DNA of 63,024 bases, counting the filler, from Stramenopiles sp. TOSAG23-3 (Eukaryota), in the NCBI GenBank assembly GCA_900128585.1. It is 15 parts of 15 records of this genome, joined end to end, with 100 filler letters (N's around TTAATTAATTAA, not from the genome) between each part and the next. Parts side by side here need not be neighbours in the genome. Positions count along the whole stretch, not along the records: positions 1 to 4,131 come from LT643941.1; positions 4,232 to 8,353 come from LT643942.1; positions 8,454 to 12,575 come from LT643943.1; 12 more parts are not named here. One strand, 5' to 3'. Shown here in pieces: positions 1-10,481 of the stretch; within the stretch, counting starts at the first letter, position 1; the number at the start of each line of letters is the position of its first letter. The position numbers were made by a program, and so were the translations under genes. The notes below the pieces were generated by a model, which saw only the letters and a program-made list of their open reading frames with translations, had not been told where the DNA came from and did not search any database.

Positions 1-79
1 TTTCTTCTTTCTTCTTCTTCTTTCTTCTTTCTTCTTTCTTCTTTCTTCTTTCTTCTTTCTTCTTTCTTCTTTCTTCTTT
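1..79. repeat. (TTTC/TTC)n polypyrimidine microsatellite
   Basis: Directly visible. Similar purine/pyrimidine tracts occur at 11558-11957, 12505-12575, 58172-58352 and 59163-59327. Confidence 0.95.
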
Positions 80-439
80 GAAAAGGCGTGGATGGATGGT
101 TTGAATACTGTGTACCATATAGTCTATTTAATTATAACTACAAAATATCCCTATATAAATGATAATAATCAAGAGAAGACAAATTACGGTTCTGTACTAC
201 TATTGACTACGAACGGCATGAAGATAGTATTATTATTCATATTTGAAATTATTGAATTGAATTGTTGAAGAGAATTGAATTTTTACAAGAAAGAATCTTA
301 ATATAAAATTGAAGAAAAGAAACGAATAAAAAGAATGAAACGACCAACTTAGGAAAACGAAAACAGCTAACGAAAAGAAGAAGCGAGGGAAAGAAAGGTT
401 CACACGCACGCACACACAAGAGAGAGAGAGAGAGAGAAA

Positions 440-2407
440 ATGAGCGAAGGGACACAACTGGGTATGGGGGTTCACCAAATGTGGGGAATGACCCCGGCCT
501 TCGATTGCGTGGACGTCTACGACAAGGCGCTCGGGATTGCCACGTTGCCCACGCAGACAAAGGGGCAGAAGAAGAAGGCGAAGAAGAAGGCGGAGGTGTT
601 GGTGAACTCGGATGAGCCGATAAACATCTTGCTGGCCCAGCCAGGGGACATTCGGCACGTCCTGAAAACCCTGGCCCAGCGCCGGCGCCACAAGAAGCGC
701 CCGGTCCACTTTTACATATCCGAGGTGACGAACGAGACCCTGGCCCGCCACATGCTCCTCATGCGCGTCCTCGCGGACTGGGAGCTTCCTATACGCTACC
801 GCACCAACACGTTCCTCGAGCTGTTCGGGAACGCTACCATCCAGCGGCGGACGGAGCAGTACGTTGACGGCCTTGCGAAGGAGCTGATCCACTTGGTGTG
901 CGACGGGGACGCCGAGTGTGGGCTGGACGACCTCTTCGACTTTAGCCTCTTGAAGTACAAGACGAAGGATGCCCTGGAGGCCATCTTCAAGACCTGGGGG
1001 AAGACGGTCCCCTTCGACACGAAGGAGCTGCACGATCGGCGCCTACGGGCCTTGTACAAAGACCGGTACGACTTTCGAAGGAACGTGCTGGACTGGGACT
1101 TCCACGACCGGCTGAAGCCCCACGCGGGGGTCGTCCACATAAAGCAGTACCGCCTCTGGCGCCAGACGGGGGTCGCGTACGAGTTCGGGGACCAGGTCTA
1201 CTCGCAGCCCAACCGCTCCATGTCGTCGTACGCGGAAGGGAGGCAGAAGGGGCGGTCCCACCTGCGCCGGGGGTTCTGGTGCGACATCGTCTCCAGCCCG
1301 TTCATCGCCTTTGGCATAAACACGGAGATGCCGAACAAGCACGCGTCGGGGCTCTTTGAGATCCACAACAAGAACTCCGGGAGCGAGCAGCACCGGCACC
1401 ACGCCGTGGAAGTGGCCGTGCACACGGTGGCCTCCTGCCTCTACGAGATCGAGACGGGCAAGGTCTACAAGATGAAGCAGGCGCACGAGGTCTGGAGCGG
1501 CCTGGGGAAGGCCAATGAGGCGGCCGACAAGCTGAAGGAGGACGAGATAGCCGCGGAGGCGGGCGAGAACGCGGGGGCGGAAGAGACCAAAGCCCCGGAA
1601 CCCGCCGTCGAGGCGAAGCCCGAGAAGACCGACGAGGGGGACGACGCCGAGGTCGTGACGTTGGACACCCCGGCCGTGAAGGAGATGAAGCAGAAAGAGC
1701 TTGGGCTCGCGGGGGGCGATGGGGTCTACGACTCGGACGACGACCCGGACTCCGAGCCGGAGGAGGTGGCCCAGGAGGAGAGGGCCCCGCCCGCGCCCAG
1801 CACCGCCGCGGCGGCGCCCCCTTTGCCGGTGCCCGCCCCGGCCCCCGCTGCCCCCGCCGCGGACGAAGAGGCCCCCGCGGCCGAGGAGACGGCCGAGGAG
1901 CGGGCGAAGAGAGAGGCGGAGGAGGCGGCCGCACTGGAGCGGGCAGAGACGATCTGGGAGATCCTAGAGGATGCAAAGATATTCTTGATGGACGTGACCG
2001 TCCAGGACTTGATCCAAAAGCCAAAGAAACGGTACAAGGGCCTGTTCGACATGGTGTACTTTTCCTTCCTCTCGTCGGGAGTCTTGGCGAAAGGGAAAGA
2101 AATGGAGCAATTTTTGAAGCCGAAAGCGGTCGTCGTCGCCGAGGGGATTAAGCACGTCTGTGGGATGACGAAGGAGCAGCGTCACGCGTATGCGACCAAC
2201 ATCGACAACTTTGCCACGGCGGCGGGGCTCAAGCCCGTCGACGAGGCCGCCGCGCCCAAGTTTTGGTGGCGGGACATGCCGGACCCCTTCGCGGACCCGA
2301 ATAGAACGTTGAACAAAGAGCGCAAGGAGGAACTTGAGAAGGAGAAAGAAGCGAACAAGAAGCGGACGAAATGGGACAACGGGGTCGCCGTGTACCTGAG
2401 GGAGTAA
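440..2407 (+). CDS. DNAAF3: Dynein axonemal assembly factor 3 (PF22; DUF4470/DUF4471)
   Basis: 655-aa ORF with N-terminal WGMTPAFD, INILLAQPGDIRHVLKT, ETLARHMLL, DRRLRALYKDRYDFRRNVLDWD and RGFWCDIVSSPFIAFG motifs typical of DNAAF3, plus an acidic Ala/Pro-rich insert. Confidence 0.9.
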   Translation: MSEGTQLGMGVHQMWGMTPAFDCVDVYDKALGIATLPTQTKGQKKKAKKKAEVLVNSDEPINILLAQPGDIRHVLKTLAQRRRHKKRPVHFYISEVTNETLARHMLLMRVLADWELPIRYRTNTFLELFGNATIQRRTEQYVDGLAKELIHLVCDGDAECGLDDLFDFSLLKYKTKDALEAIFKTWGKTVPFDTKELHDRRLRALYKDRYDFRRNVLDWDFHDRLKPHAGVVHIKQYRLWRQTGVAYEFGDQVYSQPNRSMSSYAEGRQKGRSHLRRGFWCDIVSSPFIAFGINTEMPNKHASGLFEIHNKNSGSEQHRHHAVEVAVHTVASCLYEIETGKVYKMKQAHEVWSGLGKANEAADKLKEDEIAAEAGENAGAEETKAPEPAVEAKPEKTDEGDDAEVVTLDTPAVKEMKQKELGLAGGDGVYDSDDDPDSEPEEVAQEERAPPAPSTAAAAPPLPVPAPAPAAPAADEEAPAAEETAEERAKREAEEAAALERAETIWEILEDAKIFLMDVTVQDLIQKPKKRYKGLFDMVYFSFLSSGVLAKGKEMEQFLKPKAVVVAEGIKHVCGMTKEQRHAYATNIDNFATAAGLKPVDEAAAPKFWWRDMPDPFADPNRTLNKERKEELEKEKEANKKRTKWDNGVAVYLRE

Positions 2408-2575
2408 TGTTGCAAGCAATTAAGCGAAGGGCGTAAACGGGTTTTTGTGCGCGCTTTTTAAATTTAAGAATTAAGCTTTTGTGTTTGGTGTTTTTGTTTT
2501 TATTCCGTCGGGCAAACGCGATGTGCTTGTGCACCCGCGTTTGTTCGTTGCCCCCCTGCCTCTCGCGCCGATTTA

Positions 2576-3064
2576 TTACCCAGGCGGCCACGTCATTTGC
2601 CTGCCCCCCAAGAGGTGAAGGTGGAGGTGGTACACGGATTGGCACCCTTCTTTCCCGTTGTTCACGACCAGGCGGTAGCCATTGCCCAAATTTTCCTGCT
2701 TTGCAACGACCGTCGCCGTGTACATGAGCTTTCCAAGAATGGCCTGGTGTCTTTCCGCGGCGTTGGAAATTTGGGTCAGCCCGTCCCGCTGCTTTGGTAT
2801 GAAGAGGATGTGGGTCGGTGCCTGCGGTGCCACGTCGTGAAATGCCAGGACGTCGTCATCCTCGTACACGATTTTCGCAGGGATCTCCTTCCTAATTATT
2901 TTGTCGAATATGGTCTCTGCACCGTCGTCGACGGCAGCTCCTTGGCCAGCAGCGGCCGCCGCCGCACTTTCCTCGTTCGAAGAAGCCATGCTCCTGGTCA
3001 AAAGCGCCACGGGCCGTGTCTGCTGCCAACTCAATTGCCTGGATAAATTCAACAGACGCAACAT
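2576..3064 (-). CDS. HINT2: Histidine triad nucleotide-binding protein with probable mitochondrial presequence (HINT2-like)
   Basis: [20 protein letters not shown] and [18 protein letters not shown]-terminus; Arg/Leu/Ser-rich, acid-free N-terminal extension. Confidence 0.9.
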   Translation of the reverse strand: MLRLLNLSRQLSWQQTRPVALLTRSMASSNEESAAAAAAGQGAAVDDGAETIFDKIIRKEIPAKIVYEDDDVLAFHDVAPQAPTHILFIPKQRDGLTQISNAAERHQAILGKLMYTATVVAKQENLGNGYRLVVNNGKEGCQSVYHLHLHLLGGRQMTWPPG

Positions 3065-4131
3065 TCTATCGGTATAAACAATCCTTCAAACATACATACA
3101 CATATACATTGTCCCTTCTTTCCTACATATGTTATCAATCTATATTAGAATGACAAATAATAATAAATATTATAGTATATTAATAATTTAAAAATCAAAA
3201 AGCTTTCTATTTTTTTACTTCTCTCTAATAAAATAAAATAATAAAAAATATTGTAGTAAGAAGACGTAGTAGTTGTTGTCTTCTCTCTTCTTTCTCTCTT
3301 CTCTCCTCGTTATTATTAGCCTCTATAAATTTAAAATTATAATAATAAAATAATAAATAAATAAATAGAAGAAGACAAAATGGATTTTAAGGGGGATGCA
3401 GCTTCATTTTCGATAAAATGCGAAAAAACGTATATTTTTCTATTCTAATTATTGTTCCTCACGTAAATATTTGTTGTAGTGATATGATAAAAATTGATGT
3501 TGGATTTCGCGAAGAATGAAAAAATGAAGGAATGTTTTGCTGCCATGCTATTACATGTATTTTTATTTCATAAAATTAATAAAATGAATACGACCAAGAC
3601 AAGATTTGGTTGTTGGACGTTTTTCACACTCCAATTCAAACTTTTCGCCACAACGTCTGGGGAAAGACCCGAAATAATGGTTCATCTGGAGGCACACAAA
3701 TAGAAGTTTAGCCAAAACTACTGGGCCGTTTTCTCCCAATTTTTTGCTGCCGCCTGGAATAAATCTTAATGAAAAATTTGGGGATTTGTTTTATGCTTAC
3801 CATTCTGGACCGTCATTGGTCCCAAATTTAGTGTGAAAAGTGCTCATTTTCGGCATGCTCGCCGGAACTTAAAATTTTCAAAAAAACTAGAATCTTTCTG
3901 CTCTATTGCATCCCCAAAAAGTTAGTTTTTATCTGTTTGAATACACCCGAACAATATTGGGTAATGGTTACAAGTAGTTTCTTCTAAACTTCTCGTACAG
4001 TACCTCAGGAAAAGTAACAATTTGGGTAAAAATGCTTGTTTGAAATGCATAGTTCGTCCTTTCTTCTTTCATCATATAGAAGTAGCATTGTGTTCCAGAT
4101 GATAGAATTATGAATGATGAGGATGAAGTCC

Positions 4132-4231
4132 NNNNNNNNNNNNNNNNNNNNNNNNNNNNNNNNNNNNNNNNNNNNTTAATTAATTAANNNNNNNNNNNNN
4201 NNNNNNNNNNNNNNNNNNNNNNNNNNNNNNN
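4132..4231. other. Artificial contig linker N44-TTAATTAATTAA-N44 (first of 14)
   Basis: Identical 100-bp linkers also at 8354-8453, 12576-12675, 16798-16897, 21020-21119, 25237-25336, 29452-29551, 33652-33751, 37852-37951, 42051-42150, 46248-46347, 50444-50543, 54640-54739 and 58834-58933. The 12-mer places stops in all six frames. Plain scaffold gaps lie at 17648-17811 and 53389-53411. Confidence 0.98.
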
Positions 4232-4233
4232 TG

Positions 4234-7200
4234 CAACGGGAGGACGAGCGCCTACAGCGGCTGTGTCAATCGGCGTTGGAAGGTTGGGAGGCAAAGGGCA
4301 GCGAAGACGAGAACAGCAACGGTATGTCAACGGTCTGGCACGAAGACGTCCACCTTCGCGGCAGCAGTCGCGGCAGCAGTCGCGGCAGCAGTCGCGGTTC
4401 GGCGTCCGTGCACCCGTCCATCGAAACGTTGCGGCGTCAAATGAGCGAGGAGGAGCAGGGACACGAAAACTTGCACTCGCCCCACGGCCGATACAACAAA
4501 TGCTGGGTCTGCCGTGGGACGGGGAGAAGCAGCAATTACCTTTCCATGTTGAAAATGGACGATGCGAGGAGCAACCTGCAGGCGGAGGGTTACAATGAGT
4601 TGGACGACGAAGAGGACTGCCTGATCTGCTGGGGCGCCCCACAAAAGTACGGTATTTCGACCGAATGTACTCATTTTTTCTGCGAGCAGTGTGTCCGGCT
4701 TCACCTGGACACAGTCATGAACACGGGAAAGTTCCCAGGGTACTGCCCACTCTGCCAGGCGAACGCTCCCAAGGGGGAAATTCCAAGGTACGGCCGCATC
4801 ACGGGCAAAGCGATGACGTTCTTGGAGCGCCACGGCATCATCGACAAGGAATTTCAGTTCCGTTTCATGCGCAAGCAAAACGAAGACGAGGAGCTGTTTT
4901 TCAAGTGCCCGTCCAAAATGTGCAACAACTTCTTGGTCGACATCGACCCGACGTACGTCATGCGCAAAGGTTCGGTTCAGTGCAGAGTCGAACGCTGCCC
5001 TTGTGGGATTGGCGTCTGCGTCCAGTGCCATCAGGAGGTCAAGGAGAAAGATTTTGAACGCCACAAATGCCCAGACTCGAAGCAGTCAAAAACCCAAACG
5101 GACGCGGCGACCCTCAAACTGATGAAAAAAATGGGCAAAAAGTGCCCAAACTGCAACATGTTCATCGTAAAGAATGCGGGCTGCGACGTGATGATGTGCG
5201 GCGACAAGGCGCACGGAGACCTCCGAAAATGTATTAAAAATGGAGGATGTGGGCAAACGTTCATGTGGTCGTCGTTGAAGAAAATTGAAGACAACATAAC
5301 GAACTTAAACGGGCAGCGAGTACGGTGCAACCCCCCGAAGAAATACGAGAAAGAAATTGCCAAGTACAAGCGAGAGTTGGGGATAGTCATGACCGATAAA
5401 GAGAACTCCCTTGCAAACGCCTTGGAGTTGGTCGAACAGGGGCTCGGGAACCATCGCGCGCGTAAGAACCGAAAATTTGGGCTCGACCTGTACAACGCAA
5501 CCCTTGCGCGCAGTCGGACGGCCGTGTTCAGGATTTTGGCACGAGGATACGACCCCATAAACTCCAATGGCAAGATTACTGCGGACGTGGATTACAACGC
5601 TAACTTGACAAACTGGCGAACTGGGTATGTAAGCAAACACTGGTCGTGGCAAAGGAATGTCCTGTCAACGATAGGCGTGGCATTTGGCGTGGTTTGGAGT
5701 ACCGGTTGGCTTCAGCCCGATGCTGAACTGTACCGCCATGTCTCTGTGACGGGTATTGCGTTTAGCGTTATCGTTTTGAATTACGGAGTTTTGCTGTGGA
5801 CTACGGGGATGACCTTCAACTTCAACAGCCCCCTTACATTAGCCTGCGCGCAAGGAGACATTGACATTGTAAAGGCGTTGATTTTTCATGGGGCTGATGT
5901 GAACCTACGTGCCGGGACCTCTGGCTTGACGCCTCTGATGGCCGCATGCATCTTCGGCAACCGGAAGATCGCAAGGACATTGTTGGACTACAGGGCGATG
6001 CACGAAGTCGACCTGGCCCATATTCTCCCACGCAGAAAATTTCACAGAACTTGCACTTGCCGTTGCAGTGCCATGGCATTGTCGGCAATGGCCTGCGCTC
6101 GCCCGGTTCGATGGGGCCGATATGACAGCAAGGCTTGTCTGTGGGGCATTCTGCTCCCGGTCCTCACATTGCTGATTGCGGTCATAATTGAACTGGCGAG
6201 TTTTCCTACCGCCAATTGTGGATCGGTGAGGTCGGGCGTGGCGGCAGTTATTTCGAAACAAGGCGGTGGTTGGGCCGGGTTTGAAGGAACGTGGTGGACG
6301 GACGGGCAGGTGCATGGAGAGTCACACGAAGCAAATTACAAAACAGAGTTGTTCATGAAAAGGACAAAAACAATAAGGATAAAGACAGGCGACGAAACAG
6401 TGTTTCAGATAGTCTTGGAAAATCCAGAAAGTCTCCATGACATATTTTCTTCCGATTCACAAAGGCGCATCGAAGCATTGGACGACCGGGTGAAATGGCA
6501 GCGACTCGTTGGTGAACCATTTCAAGATCACTGCAATCAGGGTGGGTTCAACGTTGGAACACACGATCACGAAGACAAGATCAGGGCCCGTATTGGCTTT
6601 GCAACAAACAATGAGGGAGACTGCAGTTCCGTGGACTCCCTCCTCGGGCTTGGCATCTCGGATAAACGTTCGAGAAATAAATATGCTAATTTTGGAAGGA
6701 CTTGCAAGGTGGCATGCAAGGGCTGTGAAGGCGTTGGGTGTCGTTTTCCAGAAGCAAAAAACCACATGATCACCATAGAGGTCCTGGCAGACGCAACGGA
6801 TAACGATATCGTTCTCCCCATGGCTTCAGCGTGGTGCAAGGCCAGAGGTTACGACCTTTTGAAGGCCAACAGCACCTCCCGCTTATGCAAAGGTTGGAAA
6901 TGTTTACCTGCTGTGGACGCTGGCACATGCTGTGAAAGCTCGTGCAACTTAATTGCTGATCCGTCTGCATTCTGCCCGTCGTTTCACCCAAGACCTGTTA
7001 CTGCCATTAAGACACGGGCCAAGCCTCAACTCATTGTTGACCCGACCAAAACCCGTTGCAAAAGCGACCATTGCGATGCTATGGTAGACAACCAAACGTG
7101 CTGTGCTGCTCCATGCAGCTCGATTGGCGACCCTGCGAGTTTCTGCGCGTTTGTGGGCGGGTCGGCGCTGGTCGACAACGTGTCCACAACGCTTCTCTTC

Positions 7201-8353
7201 TGTGAAGGCACAGAGTGCAAGCCGGAGATCGATGCCCCCAAGTGCTGCAAAGCCGCCTGCAGCAGCGCAGAACCGCAACAGCTTTGTTCCCAAATTTCCC
7301 CTTTAGTAGCCTTAAGAACACACGTCACCCCAGAAGACCGTCGCTCGTACTCTTCCGTTTGGAGAAACGAGAAGCCTGGGACCGGCCATGCCCGATCAGA
7401 GATTAATTCTGAGCAAGGTTGGTCTGCGGCAGTAAACCAAAAGGGCCAGTGGATGGAACTTGATCTCGGCGCAAATATGCTAGTGAAAGGCGTGAAAACT
7501 CAGGGACGAAAGTCACTCAATCAATATGTGTCTCACTTTAAAGTGCAAGTTCGTAGTGCATCAAGTAGCGACTGGGCGTTTGTTGCAAACGGAAAAACGT
7601 TCCAAAGAAACACAAAGAGTTTGTCTGAAATTGAAGAGACTCAGTTTCCTTCGGTACTTTCTATGCGTTACGTCCGAATTCTGCCACAGCGATGGCAAGG
7701 TCATATTTCCATGCGAGCAGACGTCATCGTTGTTAACGCCGTTGCCGATCTGGTGGACAACTCAAGTTTCCTTTTCTGCGAGTCCGCGGCCTGCAGCTCA
7801 GTTGCAGACGCACAACGTTGCTGTGCGGCTCCCTGCAGCTCCATGGAGGAACACAAAGGCACGTTCTGCCCACACTCCGGTCAACTCATTGACAAGGCAG
7901 AAACAACATTTTGTGCAGGGCTAGTGTGTCAGGCAGGTCGAGACAGCGAACGTTGTTGTGCAGCAACGTGCAGTTCACTTGGAACGGGAGGGGAAAATGA
8001 TGTCTGCCATGCAAGTGGAGGCAAGTTTTTGGCACTTGAGAGTGCTAACCGCACCTGTTGTGGGTCAAAATGTACCATCAACGACGCCAACAAATGCTGT
8101 GAGCCCCCTTACCAGGGGGATCGCAATAAGTGTGTGCTATCGAATGGCAAAGTTGAGTGCAGTAGCCATACCTTTGCTCCTGTCCCAGATGTTGTAGCAT
8201 CGTCGACCTTCGACGATGGTCAATTCAATGGCTGGTCGTGCGGTGCTGTAACAACATGCGGCTCGTTCGGCAATGTATGCGGTGGGTACGGGGTCAAAGG
8301 AAAAGGGGCCGAGATTGCCAAAACGTTCACATCCCTGACGCCTGGGCAAGCCT
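4234..8353 (+). CDS. Partial (both ends truncated) RBR-type E3 ubiquitin ligase fused to ankyrin repeats, 3 TM helices and a Cys-rich/discoidin (F5/8 type C) ectodomain
   Basis: The frame is open across the whole contig. RING1 CLIC..CTHFFCEQC..CPLC; IBR CPSKMC..CPCGIGVCVQC..H.C; RING2 KKCPNCNMFIVKNAGC; ankyrins SPLTLAC and TPLMAAC; discoidin GWSAAVNQKGQWMELDLG..GVKTQGR..RYVRILPQRWQGHISMRADV. Confidence 0.85.
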
Positions 8354-9085
8354 NNNNNNNNNNNNNNNNNNNNNNNNNNNNNNNNNNNNNNNNNNNNTTA
8401 ATTAATTAANNNNNNNNNNNNNNNNNNNNNNNNNNNNNNNNNNNNNNNNNNNNTACTATACGGTAAACACTACTAAAATAATACCTATCACAATTAATAC
8501 AATAAGTACATCATAAAGTATACTACATAATATATTTATAGTGAACTAAAAAATTAAATAATCTGTTCTTCTTTAATTATTAAGGTAAGTGTTCTATCTT
8601 GTTGATTTTATTTTTTTATTACTTATTATATTAATACTAAATTTAAATTAATTATTGTATATAAAACTAGAAAAACAACGCAATTACTTAAACCTGATTT
8701 GTTTTTTTTGAAATTCAAAAAAACGAAAAAAAACTGTTATTTTGTACTATGTTGTATTCTAATGGATTGAAATAGGAGTTACATTTATTACCCTATTATT
8801 AACACTAATGTTGAGAAATGGCTTCTTCTCTTCTTTTTTTTTATTATTATTATTATTAATAATTATTCACCCACCACCCCACACCAAAAAAATGGCGAAG
8901 AAGATACCTTGGTACGAAGTACAGACGTTTCAATCGTATCGTCAATGTGTATACTGGAAAGAGCGTTTTACGATGTAGTGGATTGTTGTGCCCGATCGGT
9001 GTGGTATACTTTTTAAATTTTTACTTGAACTTTTTTATTTTGTGGTTCTAAGAAGAATGACCGAGGAGTGAGCGAGCTTGTTTTT

Positions 9086-10291
9086 ATGGCGAAGGAGTAC
9101 AAGCTGCCGTTTCGGTTGGCGGAGAAACGGGCAGGTGCGATAGTGACGGGAACAGAGGGGCAGGAGAGTCGGTGTTTTGGGTGCTTTCAGAGTCTGCGGA
9201 ACAAAATAAATCCGTTGTTCGTTGGTGACTCAAAGTACAGGTATGGCGATGGTAGGTGTGTGCAAGGCAATAATTCTCGGAACGGGACCCACCTGAGAAG
9301 TTTGAGGTACGCGTTTGACTTCAAACTAACAGTTGGCTCCGCCGTGGTCGCCGCGAAAGACGGCATCGTTGTCGCAGCGTGCGAGTATTACAATGCAGGC
9401 GGAATGGACCCTGTGCTGAAAGCCCGCAGCAATTTCGTAGTCCTGCGACACCTCGATGGACTGTATTCCCGGTATTACCATTTGGCACACGACGGGGTTG
9501 TGGTCAAGGCGGGAGACGCGGTCGTCGCTGGGCAGACAATAGCAAAAAGTGGAAACACGGGCTATACGTCGGGGCCACACTTGCATTTTGACGTCGTGGA
9601 CGTGTGCCCGCTGGAAACGTTGGGCCTTGAGTTGTACAGGGGGGGCGAGCCGTCCAGGGAGAAAGTCCGGGTCGAGCTGCCTGATATCTTCCTCCGGACG
9701 TGCGCGGCCGGGTTCAGTGGGAGGATGCCGAAGCGGGGCGAAGGCGGGGCGAAGTGCACGGGCCGCCTCGTGTGGGCCGAGCCGAGGACAGCAGTAACGG
9801 CTTTGACGAACCCAGAGCAGACGAAAGGAAACGTTGTTCTTGTGAAGCGGTGCAAAGATATTGATTTTATCGACAAGTGTGCACACGTTCAAAGCGCAGG
9901 CGGGATCGCGATGATTGTAGTAAATTACGAGGACGGCCCAACCTTGCACTCGATGGCTGGGAAGGGGAAAGCGATTCACATTCCTGCCCTCATGGTCACC
10001 TCCAAATATGGCGACGAGATCGACAAATTGTTGTGTCTGAACGAAGCGCTTCCTTTGCAAGGAGAGGTATTTCTTTCTGACCATTTCCATTTCAACGATA
10101 AAAAAGACGACATCGGGGGCTGTTTTGCCGCAATGACCGTTCCCGTGAAGTTTCAACGGCAGGATTTTATGTCTACCAATGAAAAGAACCAAAGAAGAAG
10201 GAGGAAAAGAAAAGAACCATCTGCCTACGCCCCTAAAGTCGGGCATCGACCACCAAAAGATGTACTTTGGTCGCCTATATTAATAGACTAA
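9086..10291 (+). CDS. Peptidase M23 (LytM-type) protein with protease-associated (PA) domain
   Basis: H..YAFDF..VGSAVVAAKDG..NFVVLRHLDG.YSRYYHL..SGNTGYTSGPHLHFDV (M23 Zn motifs). PA domain GNVVLVKR..FIDK..VQSAGGIAMIVVN..IPALMVT. First ATG is 9086; the true start is uncertain. Confidence 0.88.
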   Translation: MAKEYKLPFRLAEKRAGAIVTGTEGQESRCFGCFQSLRNKINPLFVGDSKYRYGDGRCVQGNNSRNGTHLRSLRYAFDFKLTVGSAVVAAKDGIVVAACEYYNAGGMDPVLKARSNFVVLRHLDGLYSRYYHLAHDGVVVKAGDAVVAGQTIAKSGNTGYTSGPHLHFDVVDVCPLETLGLELYRGGEPSREKVRVELPDIFLRTCAAGFSGRMPKRGEGGAKCTGRLVWAEPRTAVTALTNPEQTKGNVVLVKRCKDIDFIDKCAHVQSAGGIAMIVVNYEDGPTLHSMAGKGKAIHIPALMVTSKYGDEIDKLLCLNEALPLQGEVFLSDHFHFNDKKDDIGGCFAAMTVPVKFQRQDFMSTNEKNQRRRRKRKEPSAYAPKVGHRPPKDVLWSPILID

Positions 10292-10481
10292 GAATAATAG
10301 CAATAATAACATTCTTAATCTTGCACACTTTTACTAAGAATTAAAACTCGCTGCCGCCCAAAAGCCACACGGAAGGGGGTGGCGTTCCGCCGTATCCCGT
10401 GCGTTCGGTTGTGGTCACACTTTTCGCGTCTGTTCCAACCGCCCCCGTGGCTCCCCTCGTGGGTCGCAATGCCTTTTTAGC

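Noticed and set aside
233-2419. Long antisense and alternative-frame ORFs over DNAAF3 (and similar ones over other GC-rich genes)
   Set aside because: Shadow ORFs caused by high GC3 codon bias; no motifs.
3387-4131. TTAA-GGGGGATGCA start and a TGCATCCCC at ~3907, suggesting a non-autonomous transposon
   Set aside because: Only a 9-bp inverted match, no matching TSD, and the contig ends; insufficient evidence.
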